Made by a program: the position numbers and the translations under genes. Under the pieces are notes generated by a model, which ran no database searches, had not been told where the DNA came from, and worked only from the letters and a program-made list of their open reading frames with translations. Source: an uncultured Lachnospiraceae bacterium (lineage in GTDB: Bacteria; Bacillota; Clostridia; TANB77; CAG-508). Taken from it: a stretch of DNA of 64,000 bases. Position 1 is the stretch's first letter. Each line of letters begins with the position of its first letter. The stretch spans positions 8,719 through 72,718 of the forward strand of contig CAMEHU010000003.1 in assembly GCA_945917765.1 (NCBI GenBank), written 5' to 3'. This document shows positions 20,317 through 30,808 of the stretch, one piece after another.

Positions 20317-21414
20317 ATGACAAACAAAAAAAAGTTATTAATTTGTTTAATTATTATTTTTATACTTACTATAGTTTTTTTCTTATTTTTCAATAAATCT
20401 AATCAATCTGTATTAGAAACCTATACATTAAATAGACAAGGTCTAATGAGAAATGATAAAATTATTTTAGACGAGAGGTTCGATGAAAAAGGTAATTTAA
20501 TATATTACAAATACAAATCACCAAACAACAATGAAATTTCAGAATTTAATTTTAAATACAAATATGATGATAACAATAGAATTACAGAGGTGATTTTAGA
20601 CGATAAAGATTATATACAAATAGAATATAATGAAAATAACAAAATATCTAAAATGTATGAAAATATCTCAAATCCTTTGTCTAATAGCAAAGATGTTTTG
20701 AATCTTACTTTTAACTACTTAGAAAATGGTGAACTAATAGTTGATAATACTGTTACAAAATATAAAGATAGTGAAAATGAATCCAAAGAACACTATACCT
20801 TAAATTATAAAACTATCAATTATAAAAATAAGGATTGCATTTTAATAACTGAAAAAGATAGCACTGAAAACTCTATTATAGAGATTGCATATGAAAAAAA
20901 TTCAAAAGAAATAAATTTTAGTAATTTTTATGATTTATTAAATATTATTCCTCTTGGTTATTATGCAGAAAACAATAGTTTTAAAAATACTCAAAGTAAT
21001 GCTAACTCTTTGCTATTGACAACTCCAATGATTTCTAATGGAAATTTAATATATATGAAGAACAAAGTAAAATTAGATCAATATTCAGATTATACAGAAA
21101 TTGGAATGGATTATAATTACGATAATACTGGTCGACTTTTAAAGTATAACACTTATGGTTATGAAACTAACCAAACTATATATTGCATGTATGAATCAAT
21201 TAACTCAAAAGAGTATTATGAGTATAGAATTGTAAAAATACACTCTGATGTATCAACGGAATATAGATACATTCAAAATAAAATATATTTAAATGAAAGC
21301 GGTAATATTTATAAAAAGGAAACATTAATTTCTGATAACATAGATGAAAAAGAGTACACTTCTAAGCTAAAGAAATTTGAAAAATATTTCGAAAAAGAAA
21401 AAATATATAATTAG
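20317..21414 (+). CDS. membrane-anchored Asn/Tyr-rich repeat protein with YD/RHS-like repeat signatures
   Basis: N-terminal TM segment (LLICLIIIFILTIVFFLFF) and repeats such as KYKYDDNNRITEV and DYNYDNTGRLLKYNTYGYE (YxYDxxGRL-like). Confidence 0.5.
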   Translation: MTNKKKLLICLIIIFILTIVFFLFFNKSNQSVLETYTLNRQGLMRNDKIILDERFDEKGNLIYYKYKSPNNNEISEFNFKYKYDDNNRITEVILDDKDYIQIEYNENNKISKMYENISNPLSNSKDVLNLTFNYLENGELIVDNTVTKYKDSENESKEHYTLNYKTINYKNKDCILITEKDSTENSIIEIAYEKNSKEINFSNFYDLLNIIPLGYYAENNSFKNTQSNANSLLLTTPMISNGNLIYMKNKVKLDQYSDYTEIGMDYNYDNTGRLLKYNTYGYETNQTIYCMYESINSKEYYEYRIVKIHSDVSTEYRYIQNKIYLNESGNIYKKETLISDNIDEKEYTSKLKKFEKYFEKEKIYN

Positions 21415-21417
21415 ACT

Positions 21418-21448
21418 AAAATTGTGCAACAATCGTTGCACAATTTTA
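21418..21448 (+). terminator. rho-independent terminator
   Basis: attgtgcaac-aatc-gttgcacaat followed by TTTT. Confidence 0.65.
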
Positions 21449-21759
21449 AATTATTTATTTGTGTTTTTCCATTTTCCTATTTGTACTAATGTACTAATAT
21501 TTTCTTCTCATCATCTGCGTTTTTCTTTTGGTACAATTGTTATTTGTGCCATTTCTTCACCTGACATATATCCAACTACATACTCTTTTCCAACTAATTC
21601 ATATCTGTTTTTTCCTATTTCTTTTCAACCTTCATATGTCATACCTAATTTAATTTCAACATTTCTTACTTTTTTGGCACTTCTTCATTTGGATGTTCTT
21701 TTAACAAGTGAATCTAATTAATTAGTATTTTTCAAATACATAATAGTACTTTTTATCTA

Positions 21760-23496
21760 TTAAACTATATTCCACTCAAGAGATGCTTTTTGTTTACTTA
21801 CCATTTCCTTAAATATACTATTTTTTTCCAATAGTTCATTTGGTGTTCCCATTTCAGTAACTTTACCATCTTTTAATACAACAATTTTATCAGCATTTGT
21901 TACAGTTCTCATTCTATGGGCTATAATTAAAACTGTTTTATTTTTTATCAATTTTGATATTGCTTCTTGTATTTGAGTTTCATTTTCTGCATCTAATGAA
22001 GCTGTTGCTTCATCTAGTAATATAACTGGAGAATCTTTTAGTAAAGCTCTTGCTATACTTATTCTTTGTCTTTCTCCTCCTGATAATTTTGAACCATTTT
22101 CCCCAATCATCGTATTATAACCATTTGGAAGCCTCTTTATAAAATCATCACAATTAGCTTCTTTTGCAGCTTTTAATACTTCCTCATCTGTGGCATCTTT
22201 CTTACCTACTCTTATGTTTTCCATAATTGTGTTATCAAATAAAGTTACATCCTGAAATACTATTGAATAATTCTTAAGTAGAGCTTCTGGATCAACCTCT
22301 GATATATCTTGACCACCAAGAGTAATTGTTCCATTATCTACATCCCAAAATCTTGCAGCCAACTTTGAAACAGTTGTCTTTCCAGAGCCTGAATTTCCTA
22401 TTAGTGCTGTTACTTCTCCCTGTTTTGCTACAAACGAAACATTTTCTAATACTTTTTCATTTGCATTATAACCAAATCCTACATTTTTAAATTCAATATC
22501 ATATCCTTTATTTGAAAGTTTTTTATCTCCTTTTTGAATCTTAAAATTATTAAATTCATTCATTCTTTCTATTGTTAGTTTTTGAGAAATTATAACAGCT
22601 AAATTTATAAGTGTACCACCCATTGGCTCATAGATTCTTGATACAACTAATAAAAACATAAAAAATGTCATAATATCAATCTCGCCTTTTATAAGCAAAC
22701 TACTTCCAACTAATGCTACTGTGGCAATTCCAAATTTTAATAAAATAGTACTGCTCATTACAAACATAGCTGTTCCTAGTTCAGCTAACATAGATTTCTT
22801 TTCAACATCTTTTATCTTTGTTTTAAGCCCTTCCATATATTGTTCTTCACTATTCATAGATTTTAGCTCTTTTAATGTTTCTATACATTCTTGCACTCCA
22901 TCACTGCATTTTAAATATGCTTTCTTTTTCTTTCTATCGAAAAAGTTTTGTACTTTATTTGATAATCCAACAATCAATAACGTTACTGGTAAAACCCATA
23001 ATGAAGCTATTGCTAATTTCCAATTAAAGAAAAATAGGCTTATTGCTATTATACATGTTGATATAATTGAACCTACAAATTGTGGCATTATATGTGAAAA
23101 ATTATGCTCCAAAGTTGTACTATCATTTAGTATTACTGAAGTTAAATCAGATGCATCTTTTTTACTAAAAAATGATAAAGGCAATTTTCTCAATGTTTCT
23201 GCTAAACTAATTCTTCTTACTCCACTCTCTTTATATGTTGTAAAAAATGTTAAATTATATTTAAAATAATTAGTAACTACAATTAAAATTAAGCATCCTA
23301 TTGTTTTTATAACATAACCTATAACATCAATTTTGTTTCCATTAATTAAATCTTCTACTAAATAATATAATAATCCAACTGGTATCATTAAGCTTAAATC
23401 AACTAATATACAAGCTATACATGCCTTTATAAAATCTATTGCACCTTGTTTAGATAACGCATATCTTTTCATTAATTTATTTAACATTTTCTGCAC
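21760..23496 (-). CDS. ABC exporter, fused permease/ATPase subunit (type I exporter, second subunit of a pair)
   Basis: Six-TM N-terminal half, Walker A GNSGSGKTT, signature LSGGERQR and Walker B ILLDEATS. Confidence 0.85.
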   Translation of the reverse strand: MQKMLNKLMKRYALSKQGAIDFIKACIACILVDLSLMIPVGLLYYLVEDLINGNKIDVIGYVIKTIGCLILIVVTNYFKYNLTFFTTYKESGVRRISLAETLRKLPLSFFSKKDASDLTSVILNDSTTLEHNFSHIMPQFVGSIISTCIIAISLFFFNWKLAIASLWVLPVTLLIVGLSNKVQNFFDRKKKKAYLKCSDGVQECIETLKELKSMNSEEQYMEGLKTKIKDVEKKSMLAELGTAMFVMSSTILLKFGIATVALVGSSLLIKGEIDIMTFFMFLLVVSRIYEPMGGTLINLAVIISQKLTIERMNEFNNFKIQKGDKKLSNKGYDIEFKNVGFGYNANEKVLENVSFVAKQGEVTALIGNSGSGKTTVSKLAARFWDVDNGTITLGGQDISEVDPEALLKNYSIVFQDVTLFDNTIMENIRVGKKDATDEEVLKAAKEANCDDFIKRLPNGYNTMIGENGSKLSGGERQRISIARALLKDSPVILLDEATASLDAENETQIQEAISKLIKNKTVLIIAHRMRTVTNADKIVVLKDGKVTEMGTPNELLEKNSIFKEMVSKQKASLEWNIV

Positions 23497-25096
23497 CTAC
23501 CTTCCAAGAAATTGATGTTTGGTAATCATTCCACATTTTACTATACAATCCACTTTCCTTTAGTAATTGTTCATGATTTCCTTCTTGTTTTATCTTTCCA
23601 TTTTCTATTACTATAATTTTATCTGCATTTATTATACTTGAAAGTCTATGTGCTATCATGATTACAGTTTTATTTTTAGATAAATTTTCAAATGCCTTTT
23701 GAACTTTTCCCTCATTTTCTGGGTCTGCAAACGCAGTTGCTTCATCTAAAATTACAATTGGACTATTCTTTAATATTACTCTTGCAATATTTATTCTTTG
23801 CATCTCTCCACCTGATAAATATACACCTTTACTTCCATATACAGTATTTATTCCATTTGGCAATCTTTCTAATATATCATCACATTGTGCTAAAGATAGA
23901 GCTTCTCTTATTTCTTTCTCACTTGCCTTCGGATTTGCCATTTTAACATTATCTAAAATGCTTAATTTCAATAGTTTACTATCTTGAAATACAAAAGATA
24001 CTAAATCAGATAATTTTTCTTTCTTTATATCTCTAACATTAACATCACCTATTTTTATACTTCCTGAATCTATATCATAAAAACGAGTAATTAAATTAGC
24101 TATTGTAGATTTTCCTCCACCAGAAGGTCCAACTAAAGCTGTAAGAGATTTTGAAGGAATAGTAAAACTGATATTATCTATTGCTTTATTTTCATTATTT
24201 TCATATGAAAATGATACATTTTCAAACTTAATTGAATTATCTTTTACATCATAGCTATCTTTACCCTTTTTTAAAGGTTCTATTTTAAGTATTTCGTTTA
24301 CCCTATTTAAAGCATCTTTTACTACTAAAGAATTTTCACTTATAGACATTATTTTCGTCATTGTAGTTGCAATAATTGGAGTATATATTATATAAAATAA
24401 CAAATTTAAAATAAATTCATTTGTTATATTTCCATTTGCATTAAAGACTAAAGTTATTCCAATTAAAAATGCGAAAACACTGTTTATAAAAAGTTGGAAT
24501 ACAAGCATTGTTTTTCTAGCCTTTTTAGTATAAGAAATACAAAGATTACTATAATCATCTATTGATTTTTTGAACTTCTTAAAACTAAATACAGTTTGCC
24601 CAAATGTTTTTACAACAGACATTCCTCTAACATATTCAATAGCTTGATTGTTCATATCTTCTAATGAATCTTGATACTTTTTCATATCATCAGCCATAGC
24701 TTTTCCAGTCATTTTTGACATAGCTAAAAATCCTAAAATAGTTGGCATAAGAGAAAGTAATCCTAATCTCCAGTCAAATACAAATAATATTATTATCATA
24801 CATATTGGTGTTACAATTGCGCCAATTAAATCTGGAAGATTATGAGCTAAAAATGTTTCTGTTGCATTACTTGATTCAATTACTATTTTTCTTAATTTTC
24901 CACTTCCTATATCATTTACTTTACCAATAGGCATTTTTAAAATATGTTCCATACATTTTATTTTCATATTGCTAGCTACTCTAAACGCCGATTTATGAGA
25001 ACATAACAAACCTATAAAATATATTATTAAAGATAAAAAAGCAAATAATACTGCCATCCAACCATTGTGAACCATATTAGTTGCATTTTCCTGCAT
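23477..25096 (-). CDS. ABC exporter, fused permease/ATPase subunit (first of pair, N-terminus looks short)
   Basis: Walker A GPSGGGKST, signature LSGGEMQR and Walker B VILDEATA. It overlaps its partner by 20 nt. Confidence 0.85.
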   Translation of the reverse strand: MQENATNMVHNGWMAVLFAFLSLIIYFIGLLCSHKSAFRVASNMKIKCMEHILKMPIGKVNDIGSGKLRKIVIESSNATETFLAHNLPDLIGAIVTPICMIIILFVFDWRLGLLSLMPTILGFLAMSKMTGKAMADDMKKYQDSLEDMNNQAIEYVRGMSVVKTFGQTVFSFKKFKKSIDDYSNLCISYTKKARKTMLVFQLFINSVFAFLIGITLVFNANGNITNEFILNLLFYIIYTPIIATTMTKIMSISENSLVVKDALNRVNEILKIEPLKKGKDSYDVKDNSIKFENVSFSYENNENKAIDNISFTIPSKSLTALVGPSGGGKSTIANLITRFYDIDSGSIKIGDVNVRDIKKEKLSDLVSFVFQDSKLLKLSILDNVKMANPKASEKEIREALSLAQCDDILERLPNGINTVYGSKGVYLSGGEMQRINIARVILKNSPIVILDEATAFADPENEGKVQKAFENLSKNKTVIMIAHRLSSIINADKIIVIENGKIKQEGNHEQLLKESGLYSKMWNDYQTSISWKVGAENVK

Positions 25097-25119
25097 AAGT
25101 CATTAATTCTTTTATTGCT

Positions 25120-26472
25120 TTAAACATAAAATTCCTCCTCCGCAAGTGTCCCCATTGGATCCCATAATTCCAATTTTTGAGGTTCTTTTTCTAAATTCAT
25201 CTTTTCTTCTTCAGTTAAATATTTTTTATTTATAACAGCTTGATAAACAAATTTGCTAAACCACGAATCAGTTGCAACATAATAACCTTTATTTGCCACA
25301 GTATCTCCCCAACTATTTTCTATTTTCCATTTTGTTGGTCTTTCATCCTCTAAATTTACGCCTGTAATTACCATCGCATGATTCATTGCACTTTCTCGTG
25401 TTTCAAGCATAGCACCTTTTGACATTTTTGTATCAACTTGAAATAATAAATCTCTATCAAAAGATAAATCATCCCAAATTCCACTTTCTCTGTCAGAACC
25501 TTTAACACAATCACTTCCAAACCAAACAGGTTCATTATTCTTTAATTGTTCTATTACTAACTCTTTTAATCTATCCATTTCCATATTTAAATATTTTACT
25601 GCATTTCCTTCTATAACATTTCCTAAATATTTTACAGTATATGTTTGATTAAACGGTTTATCTTTTGTTGGACTATTAATAATACTTACATATTCATTTA
25701 GATTGATTCCAATATATCTTTCTAAAAATTCCTTTGGTGTAATATTTTTTATGCAATTATATTCGTCTGATTTATTAACATATTCAAAACTAAATGTTTT
25801 AGGTGGTATTCCAAAACTACTACACAACATTTTATATATATTTTCCATATATTTTGATTTTTTGTTGTTTATTTCGTCTTCATTCTTAATATCCTTTATT
25901 TCAAATGCAAATTTACGAACATATCTGTTTAACATACAATTTATACTTTGTGTATTTGAACTTTGATATGTTTCAGGAAAAGCATCTTTTGGCACAATTC
26001 CATATTTGTTTATAATATTAACAAATAAATCCCATTGTCCTCCATCTTCTATTCCTCTTTCCAAAATTGTATCTAAGGTTCTTTCTTCTGATGTTTTATT
26101 TGTAAGCTCTATTACACTTTCCATTAAATAATTACATTTTTCAAATTTATCATAAAACGCCACATAGTTTTGAGACAACTCAAATTCCTTTAAATTATAT
26201 TTTTTTGCAATTATTTCTCTAAGCACATTACAACCTGCAAAAATCCAGCATCTTCCACTTGCCTTTTGGTTTGTTGCTGGAAGTGTTTTTAAATCAATAG
26301 AAAATCTATTTCTTGTAAATTCAGTTTGTTCAGTAACTTTTGTTATACTTCCAATTTTGTTTTGAGAAAGCGCATGTCTTGCTATAGTGTATATATCATT
26401 TCCTATATATTCTTTTTCTACTTCATTTATAAAGTTCTTTGTTATTTCTTTCACAATTTTCATTCCCTTCAA
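25120..26472 (-). CDS. pepC: aminopeptidase C (C1-family cysteine peptidase, bleomycin hydrolase-like)
   Basis: Active-site region QKASGRCWIFAG. 450 aa, which is typical for PepC. Confidence 0.9.
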   Translation of the reverse strand: MKGMKIVKEITKNFINEVEKEYIGNDIYTIARHALSQNKIGSITKVTEQTEFTRNRFSIDLKTLPATNQKASGRCWIFAGCNVLREIIAKKYNLKEFELSQNYVAFYDKFEKCNYLMESVIELTNKTSEERTLDTILERGIEDGGQWDLFVNIINKYGIVPKDAFPETYQSSNTQSINCMLNRYVRKFAFEIKDIKNEDEINNKKSKYMENIYKMLCSSFGIPPKTFSFEYVNKSDEYNCIKNITPKEFLERYIGINLNEYVSIINSPTKDKPFNQTYTVKYLGNVIEGNAVKYLNMEMDRLKELVIEQLKNNEPVWFGSDCVKGSDRESGIWDDLSFDRDLLFQVDTKMSKGAMLETRESAMNHAMVITGVNLEDERPTKWKIENSWGDTVANKGYYVATDSWFSKFVYQAVINKKYLTEEEKMNLEKEPQKLELWDPMGTLAEEEFYV

Positions 26473-26483
26473 CCTGTTTTAGT

Positions 26484-26834
26484 TTATTTTATAAGCTCTT
26501 TTATTTTTTCTACATCCTCTTCTGTTCCTTCATCTTCAAATTTATATAAAAATGGAACATTATACTGGTTACTTATTACATCTCCTGCTGCGCAGAAAGC
26601 TTCTCCATATCCAGTATTTCCACTAGCAATTACTCCCTTTAAATTTTCAGAGTTATTGCTTAAAAACTCCTCTACTTCAAATGGAACTTCTCCATATCCA
26701 TCAGTATAAGTAAATAATATATATTCTTCTGCTACTTTATCTACTCCTTCCCCTATTTTAATTGCATCAGCAATCCCTAATCTTTCTATCATTGATTGAA
26801 CATTTCCTGTTCTAGATGTATAAACTATTTTCAT
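26484..26834 (-). CDS. nrdI: NrdI-like flavodoxin
   Basis: MKIVYTSRTGNVQSMIERLG... and ASGNTGYGEAFCAAGDVISNQYNVPFLYKFEDEGT. 116 aa. Confidence 0.75.
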   Translation of the reverse strand: MKIVYTSRTGNVQSMIERLGIADAIKIGEGVDKVAEEYILFTYTDGYGEVPFEVEEFLSNNSENLKGVIASGNTGYGEAFCAAGDVISNQYNVPFLYKFEDEGTEEDVEKIKELIK

Positions 26835-27021
26835 ACAAAATACCTCCTTATTTTTTTATAAAAGTATTATATAAATTTTATATATTAAAAGTCAATACAA
26901 TATGAATAATATTTCATATTTTTAATAATAAAAAATTCGCATTTGCATTATCAAACACGAACCATATTTTACTAATTTATATTCCTCCACATAATTTTTA
27001 ATCAATTTTTATATTTTCAAT

Positions 27022-27465
27022 TTATAACAATCCATATTCTTCATCACTCACAGGCTCACACCACTCGTTTGATGTTTCTTCTCCAGGAACCTCAACTGCA
27101 ATATGGCTAAACCACGAATCTTTTTTTGCACCATGCCAATGCTTTACATTTGCGGGTATTGTTATAACCATTCCAGGTTTTAAACTTACAGCTTCTTTTC
27201 CTTCTTCTTGATACCATCCTTCTCCTGCAGTGCAAATTAGAATTTGCCCTCCACCTTTATTTGCATGGTGAATATGCCAATTATTTCTGCAACCTGGTTC
27301 AAATGTTACATTTGCTAAAAATACTGGACATTTTCCATATTCTGTCAAAGGATTTAAATATGAGTTTCCTATAAAATATTTTGCAAAACCATCATTTGGA
27401 TTACCCAATCCAAATATGTTTTCTTTGTCAAATTCTTGTTTACTTATTATTTGTTTTTCTTTCAT
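27022..27465 (-). CDS. cupin domain protein
   Basis: Cupin motifs NNWHIHHANKGGGQILICTAGEGWYQEEG and the HWHGA region. Confidence 0.7.
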   Translation of the reverse strand: MKEKQIISKQEFDKENIFGLGNPNDGFAKYFIGNSYLNPLTEYGKCPVFLANVTFEPGCRNNWHIHHANKGGGQILICTAGEGWYQEEGKEAVSLKPGMVITIPANVKHWHGAKKDSWFSHIAVEVPGEETSNEWCEPVSDEEYGLL

Positions 27466-27662
27466 TTAAATCTCTCCTCTTCGTATTTTATTATTAGAAT
27501 AGTCTTTCACAATCTCTTGCATATCAAACATTAAGTTATCAATTTCTTCATTTAAATTCCACACTGCATCTTCACTTAAAACACCTATCTAATGCTTCTT
27601 GATTTTTCCATTTATCAATCAACATTACTGTTTCTTTATCATCCATTGGAAAGAGAAATTCA

Positions 27663-29414
27663 CTATATACATTTTTTTATTTCATTAACAATATTTTCAA
27701 CTGAAATTCCGCAATCCGCCAAAAGCTTTTCAGCTTCAAAATCTGTATGAAATTCTTTAGAAATACCATAATTTTTTACCTTCATATCTGAATCTCCATA
27801 AAATGATGCAATATTTTGTCCATATCCTCCCATTAATTCTCCATCTTCTATTGTTATTACTAACTTATGATTTTCCTTTAATTCATTTAATAAATTTTCA
27901 TCTAATCCTGTTAAAAACAATGGATTTATAACTGTTATATCAAGTCCTAGTTCCTCTTTTACTTTTTTAGCTATTTTCATTGCCATTGGTACTAAAATTC
28001 CAACTGCAAATAAAGCTACTTTTGTACCTTTTTGCATTACTTTATTTTTGTTATAAATAGAATAATCTGTATTGTCTTCAACACCTCTTGAAGTCATATT
28101 TCCTGGCACTCTTATTGCTACTGGGTGTTCTTTTTGAGTTGTTGAAAATTCAAACATTTTTGTATATTCCTCTGTACATGATGGTGCTAAATAAATCAAG
28201 TTTGGAACATGAGCAAATTGTTGGATATCACATAAAGCAATATGTGTATTTGAATTCATTCCATAAACTCCAGGGCTTAAAACCAAAATTGTTGCTGGAT
28301 TATCATTTAAACATAAATCATGAGATAATTGATCATATGTTCTTTGTAAAAATGGTGCAAAAGTTCCAAAAACTGCTGTTCCTCCATTTCTAGCAATACC
28401 TGATATCATAGCCATTGCGTTTTCTTCAGCAATACCAACATCAACAAATTGACCTCTTTTTACATATTCTTCTCTAACTCCTTTAACCATTCCAAGTCCC
28501 ATTGGAGTTCCTGCATTTACTACAACTGCTTTTGGATTAGTATCCATTAGATTTTTAATAGAATCTGCAACTGTTGTATCTCCGCTAGCAGATTTGAATT
28601 TTGGACTACCATCTTCAACATTAAATGGTCCTCCTGCATGCCAACTTTCACGATTCTGTTCTGCATAAGATAGACCTTTTCCTTTTATTGTGTGTATATG
28701 AAGTACAACAGGGTGGTCTATGTATTTTACACTTTGAAATAATTCTATTAATTTTCCTATATCATGACCATCTTCTAAATATCTATAATCTAATCCAAAT
28801 GATTTGAATATATTATTTGATGATTCTCCATTTGTATCTCTTAAAGCTTTTAATGATTTATATATTCCACCATGATTTTCTGCAATACTTTGGTCATTAT
28901 CGTTTGCTATTATAATTAGATTTTTGTCGTATTCTCCGGCATAATCTAGTCCTTCTAAAGCTTCTCCTCCAGAAAGTGAACCATCACCTATAATTGCAAT
29001 TATATTTTCGTCTTTTTTATTTACATCCCTACCTTTTGCTAATCCCAAAGCTAAAGAAATTGATGTTGAGGTATGACCAATTGTAAATATATCATGCTCA
29101 CTTTCATTTGGATTCGTATATCCTGTTACATCATGAAAATGTTCTTCTTCTATAAAAGCTTGTTTTCTTCCTGTTAAAATTTTGTGTGGATAACATTGAT
29201 GTGATACATCAAATACTAACTTGTCTTTTGGAGAATTAAACACATAATGAAGTGCAACAGTCATTTCAACCATTCCCAAATTTGGCCCACTGTGTCCTCC
29301 TGCTTTACTTATTTTATTTATTAAAGCAGACCTAGTTTCATCTGCTAAACCTTTTAACTCCTCTATATTTAACTTTTTTATATCTTCTGGTCCATTAATG
29401 TTTTCTAAATACAT
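27663..29414 (-). CDS. dxs: 1-deoxy-D-xylulose-5-phosphate synthase-like (transketolase superfamily)
   Basis: GGHSGPNLGMVEMTVALHYVF, DVSHQCYPHKILTGR, GHTSTSISLALG and the ThDP motif IIGDGSLSGGEA. Start set at MYLENINGPEDIKKL (29414) instead of the ORF-track 29453. Confidence 0.8.
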   Translation of the reverse strand: MYLENINGPEDIKKLNIEELKGLADETRSALINKISKAGGHSGPNLGMVEMTVALHYVFNSPKDKLVFDVSHQCYPHKILTGRKQAFIEEEHFHDVTGYTNPNESEHDIFTIGHTSTSISLALGLAKGRDVNKKDENIIAIIGDGSLSGGEALEGLDYAGEYDKNLIIIANDNDQSIAENHGGIYKSLKALRDTNGESSNNIFKSFGLDYRYLEDGHDIGKLIELFQSVKYIDHPVVLHIHTIKGKGLSYAEQNRESWHAGGPFNVEDGSPKFKSASGDTTVADSIKNLMDTNPKAVVVNAGTPMGLGMVKGVREEYVKRGQFVDVGIAEENAMAMISGIARNGGTAVFGTFAPFLQRTYDQLSHDLCLNDNPATILVLSPGVYGMNSNTHIALCDIQQFAHVPNLIYLAPSCTEEYTKMFEFSTTQKEHPVAIRVPGNMTSRGVEDNTDYSIYNKNKVMQKGTKVALFAVGILVPMAMKIAKKVKEELGLDITVINPLFLTGLDENLLNELKENHKLVITIEDGELMGGYGQNIASFYGDSDMKVKNYGISKEFHTDFEAEKLLADCGISVENIVNEIKKCI

Positions 29415-29443
29415 AATATTAATCTTTTCCTTTCTTTTATTTT

Positions 29444-29968
29444 TTATATCCAATTTTCAATTTTTGATTTGGCTGATTTTACTTGACTTCCTTTTATTGC
29501 AATACTATCTTCTAACACATTTGCTCCTATGCAAACTCTTTTTACATCATTTGGTACATTTGCTAAACCTGAACCTTCATGTGTTGTTATAATTCTAATT
29601 GTTTTACCTGTAAAATCAACATCTTTTAATGCTGTTTCCATTTCTGGTGCATACGTTCCCCAGTAAATTGGTGACATTACATATATAACCTCATATGAAG
29701 ATATATCCCCTAATTTTTCTTTTATAGGTGCATTTCCTATTCTATGTTTTGCTTCCTCTATACATGTTCTATAATCTTTAGAATATGGTATAAGTGGCTC
29801 TACTTTAAACATATCCGCATTTGTAAATTCCTGTACATATTCTGCCACAATTTCAGTGTTTCCTTTATCAATATAACCTACTGCATAATTTTCATCTGCT
29901 CTTGAAAAGTATATAATTAAACTTTTCCTATTTTTATAACTTTCTTTTTTCTCTACAAATAAACCCAT
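29444..29968 (-). CDS. flavodoxin-family protein
   Basis: SLIIYFSRADENYAVGYIDKGNTEIVAEYV... matches the Flavodoxin_4-like pattern. Confidence 0.65.
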   Translation of the reverse strand: MGLFVEKKESYKNRKSLIIYFSRADENYAVGYIDKGNTEIVAEYVQEFTNADMFKVEPLIPYSKDYRTCIEEAKHRIGNAPIKEKLGDISSYEVIYVMSPIYWGTYAPEMETALKDVDFTGKTIRIITTHEGSGLANVPNDVKRVCIGANVLEDSIAIKGSQVKSAKSKIENWI

Positions 29969-30130
29969 TTCTATCTCCTTCCTACAACTAATTTATTATA
30001 ATTTTATAATAAACATTTAAATTATACAACTAAATTTTTATACTATTTGCGGTTTATTCTACACTTATTGCAAAAATACGTAATAAAAAATGAGTAAGCA
30101 TTTTATTCTTACTCATTCATTATATTTTCG

Positions 30131-30720
30131 TTAAGGTTTCAAAACAACCTTAATACAATTATCTTCCTTAGCATCAAAAATTTCATATGCATATCTTCCT
30201 TGTTCCAAAGATAATTTGTGAGTTATAATATCAGTTGCATCAAACTCACCTTTTTTTATCTTTTCCAAAATAGGTTCAACATATCTTGTTGCAGGACATT
30301 GACCCATTTTCAAAGTAACATTTCTTGTAAAGAAATTTCCTAGAGGAAAATTATTATATTTTGTTCCATAAACTCCAACTAATGCAACATGACCACATTT
30401 TCTTACTGCTTGTGATGCGATTTCTATTGCAGATTTTGAGCCGCCTTGTAATTTTAGTGCTGTTTCAACCTTTTCCATTAATGACATTTTTCCATCAACC
30501 CCAACACAATCAATAACGCAATCCGCTCCTCCTGAAGTTATTTCTTTTATATATGCACCTGTTTCATCATATTGTTCAAAATTAACAATTTCAGCTCCAT
30601 ATCCTTTTGCATGTTGTAACCTATAACTTTTACAATAATATCATCAGCTTCTTCTATTTTAGGATCTGGAACTTCTCTACATTGAACTTTTTGTATTCCA
30701 TCATATACAATTGCTTTCAT
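30131..30720 (-). pseudogene. zinc-dependent alcohol/formaldehyde dehydrogenase remnant with a large internal deletion
   Basis: The N-terminal 32 codons MKAIVYDGIQKVQCREVPDPKIEEADDIIVKV are joined out of frame to the C-terminal portion ...AKGYGAEIVNFEQYDETGAYIKEITSGGADCVIDCVGVDG...VVLKP. The catalytic Zn and Rossmann core (about 170+ aa) is missing. Confidence 0.7.
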
Positions 30721-30808
30721 CTAATACCTCCAAATTTAACTTGTGATAGTATTAGTTTTTGTAAATGTTTGCAATTTATTCATAGAACTGTGCGAAATAT
30801 AACTTACT

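Noticed and set aside
21450-21720. Minus-strand reading ...VRNVEIKLGMTYEG-TGA-KEIGKNRYELVGKEYVVGYMSGEEMAQITIVPKEKRR, raising the idea of TGA=Trp (genetic code 4).
   Set aside because: TGA clearly terminates rqcH (7148..7150) and the PiT tail. The fragment also lacks a start and has further frame breaks upstream. It is treated as a decayed remnant. The 114-aa plus-strand ORF 21377..21721 over it is likewise rejected.
27490-27645. Short minus-strand frames resembling the C-terminal half of an antibiotic-biosynthesis-monooxygenase (ABM) domain (MDDKETVMLIDKWKNQEALD...).
   Set aside because: It is too short, N-terminally truncated and frame-broken. It is mentioned only as part of the decay pattern and is not annotated as a gene.
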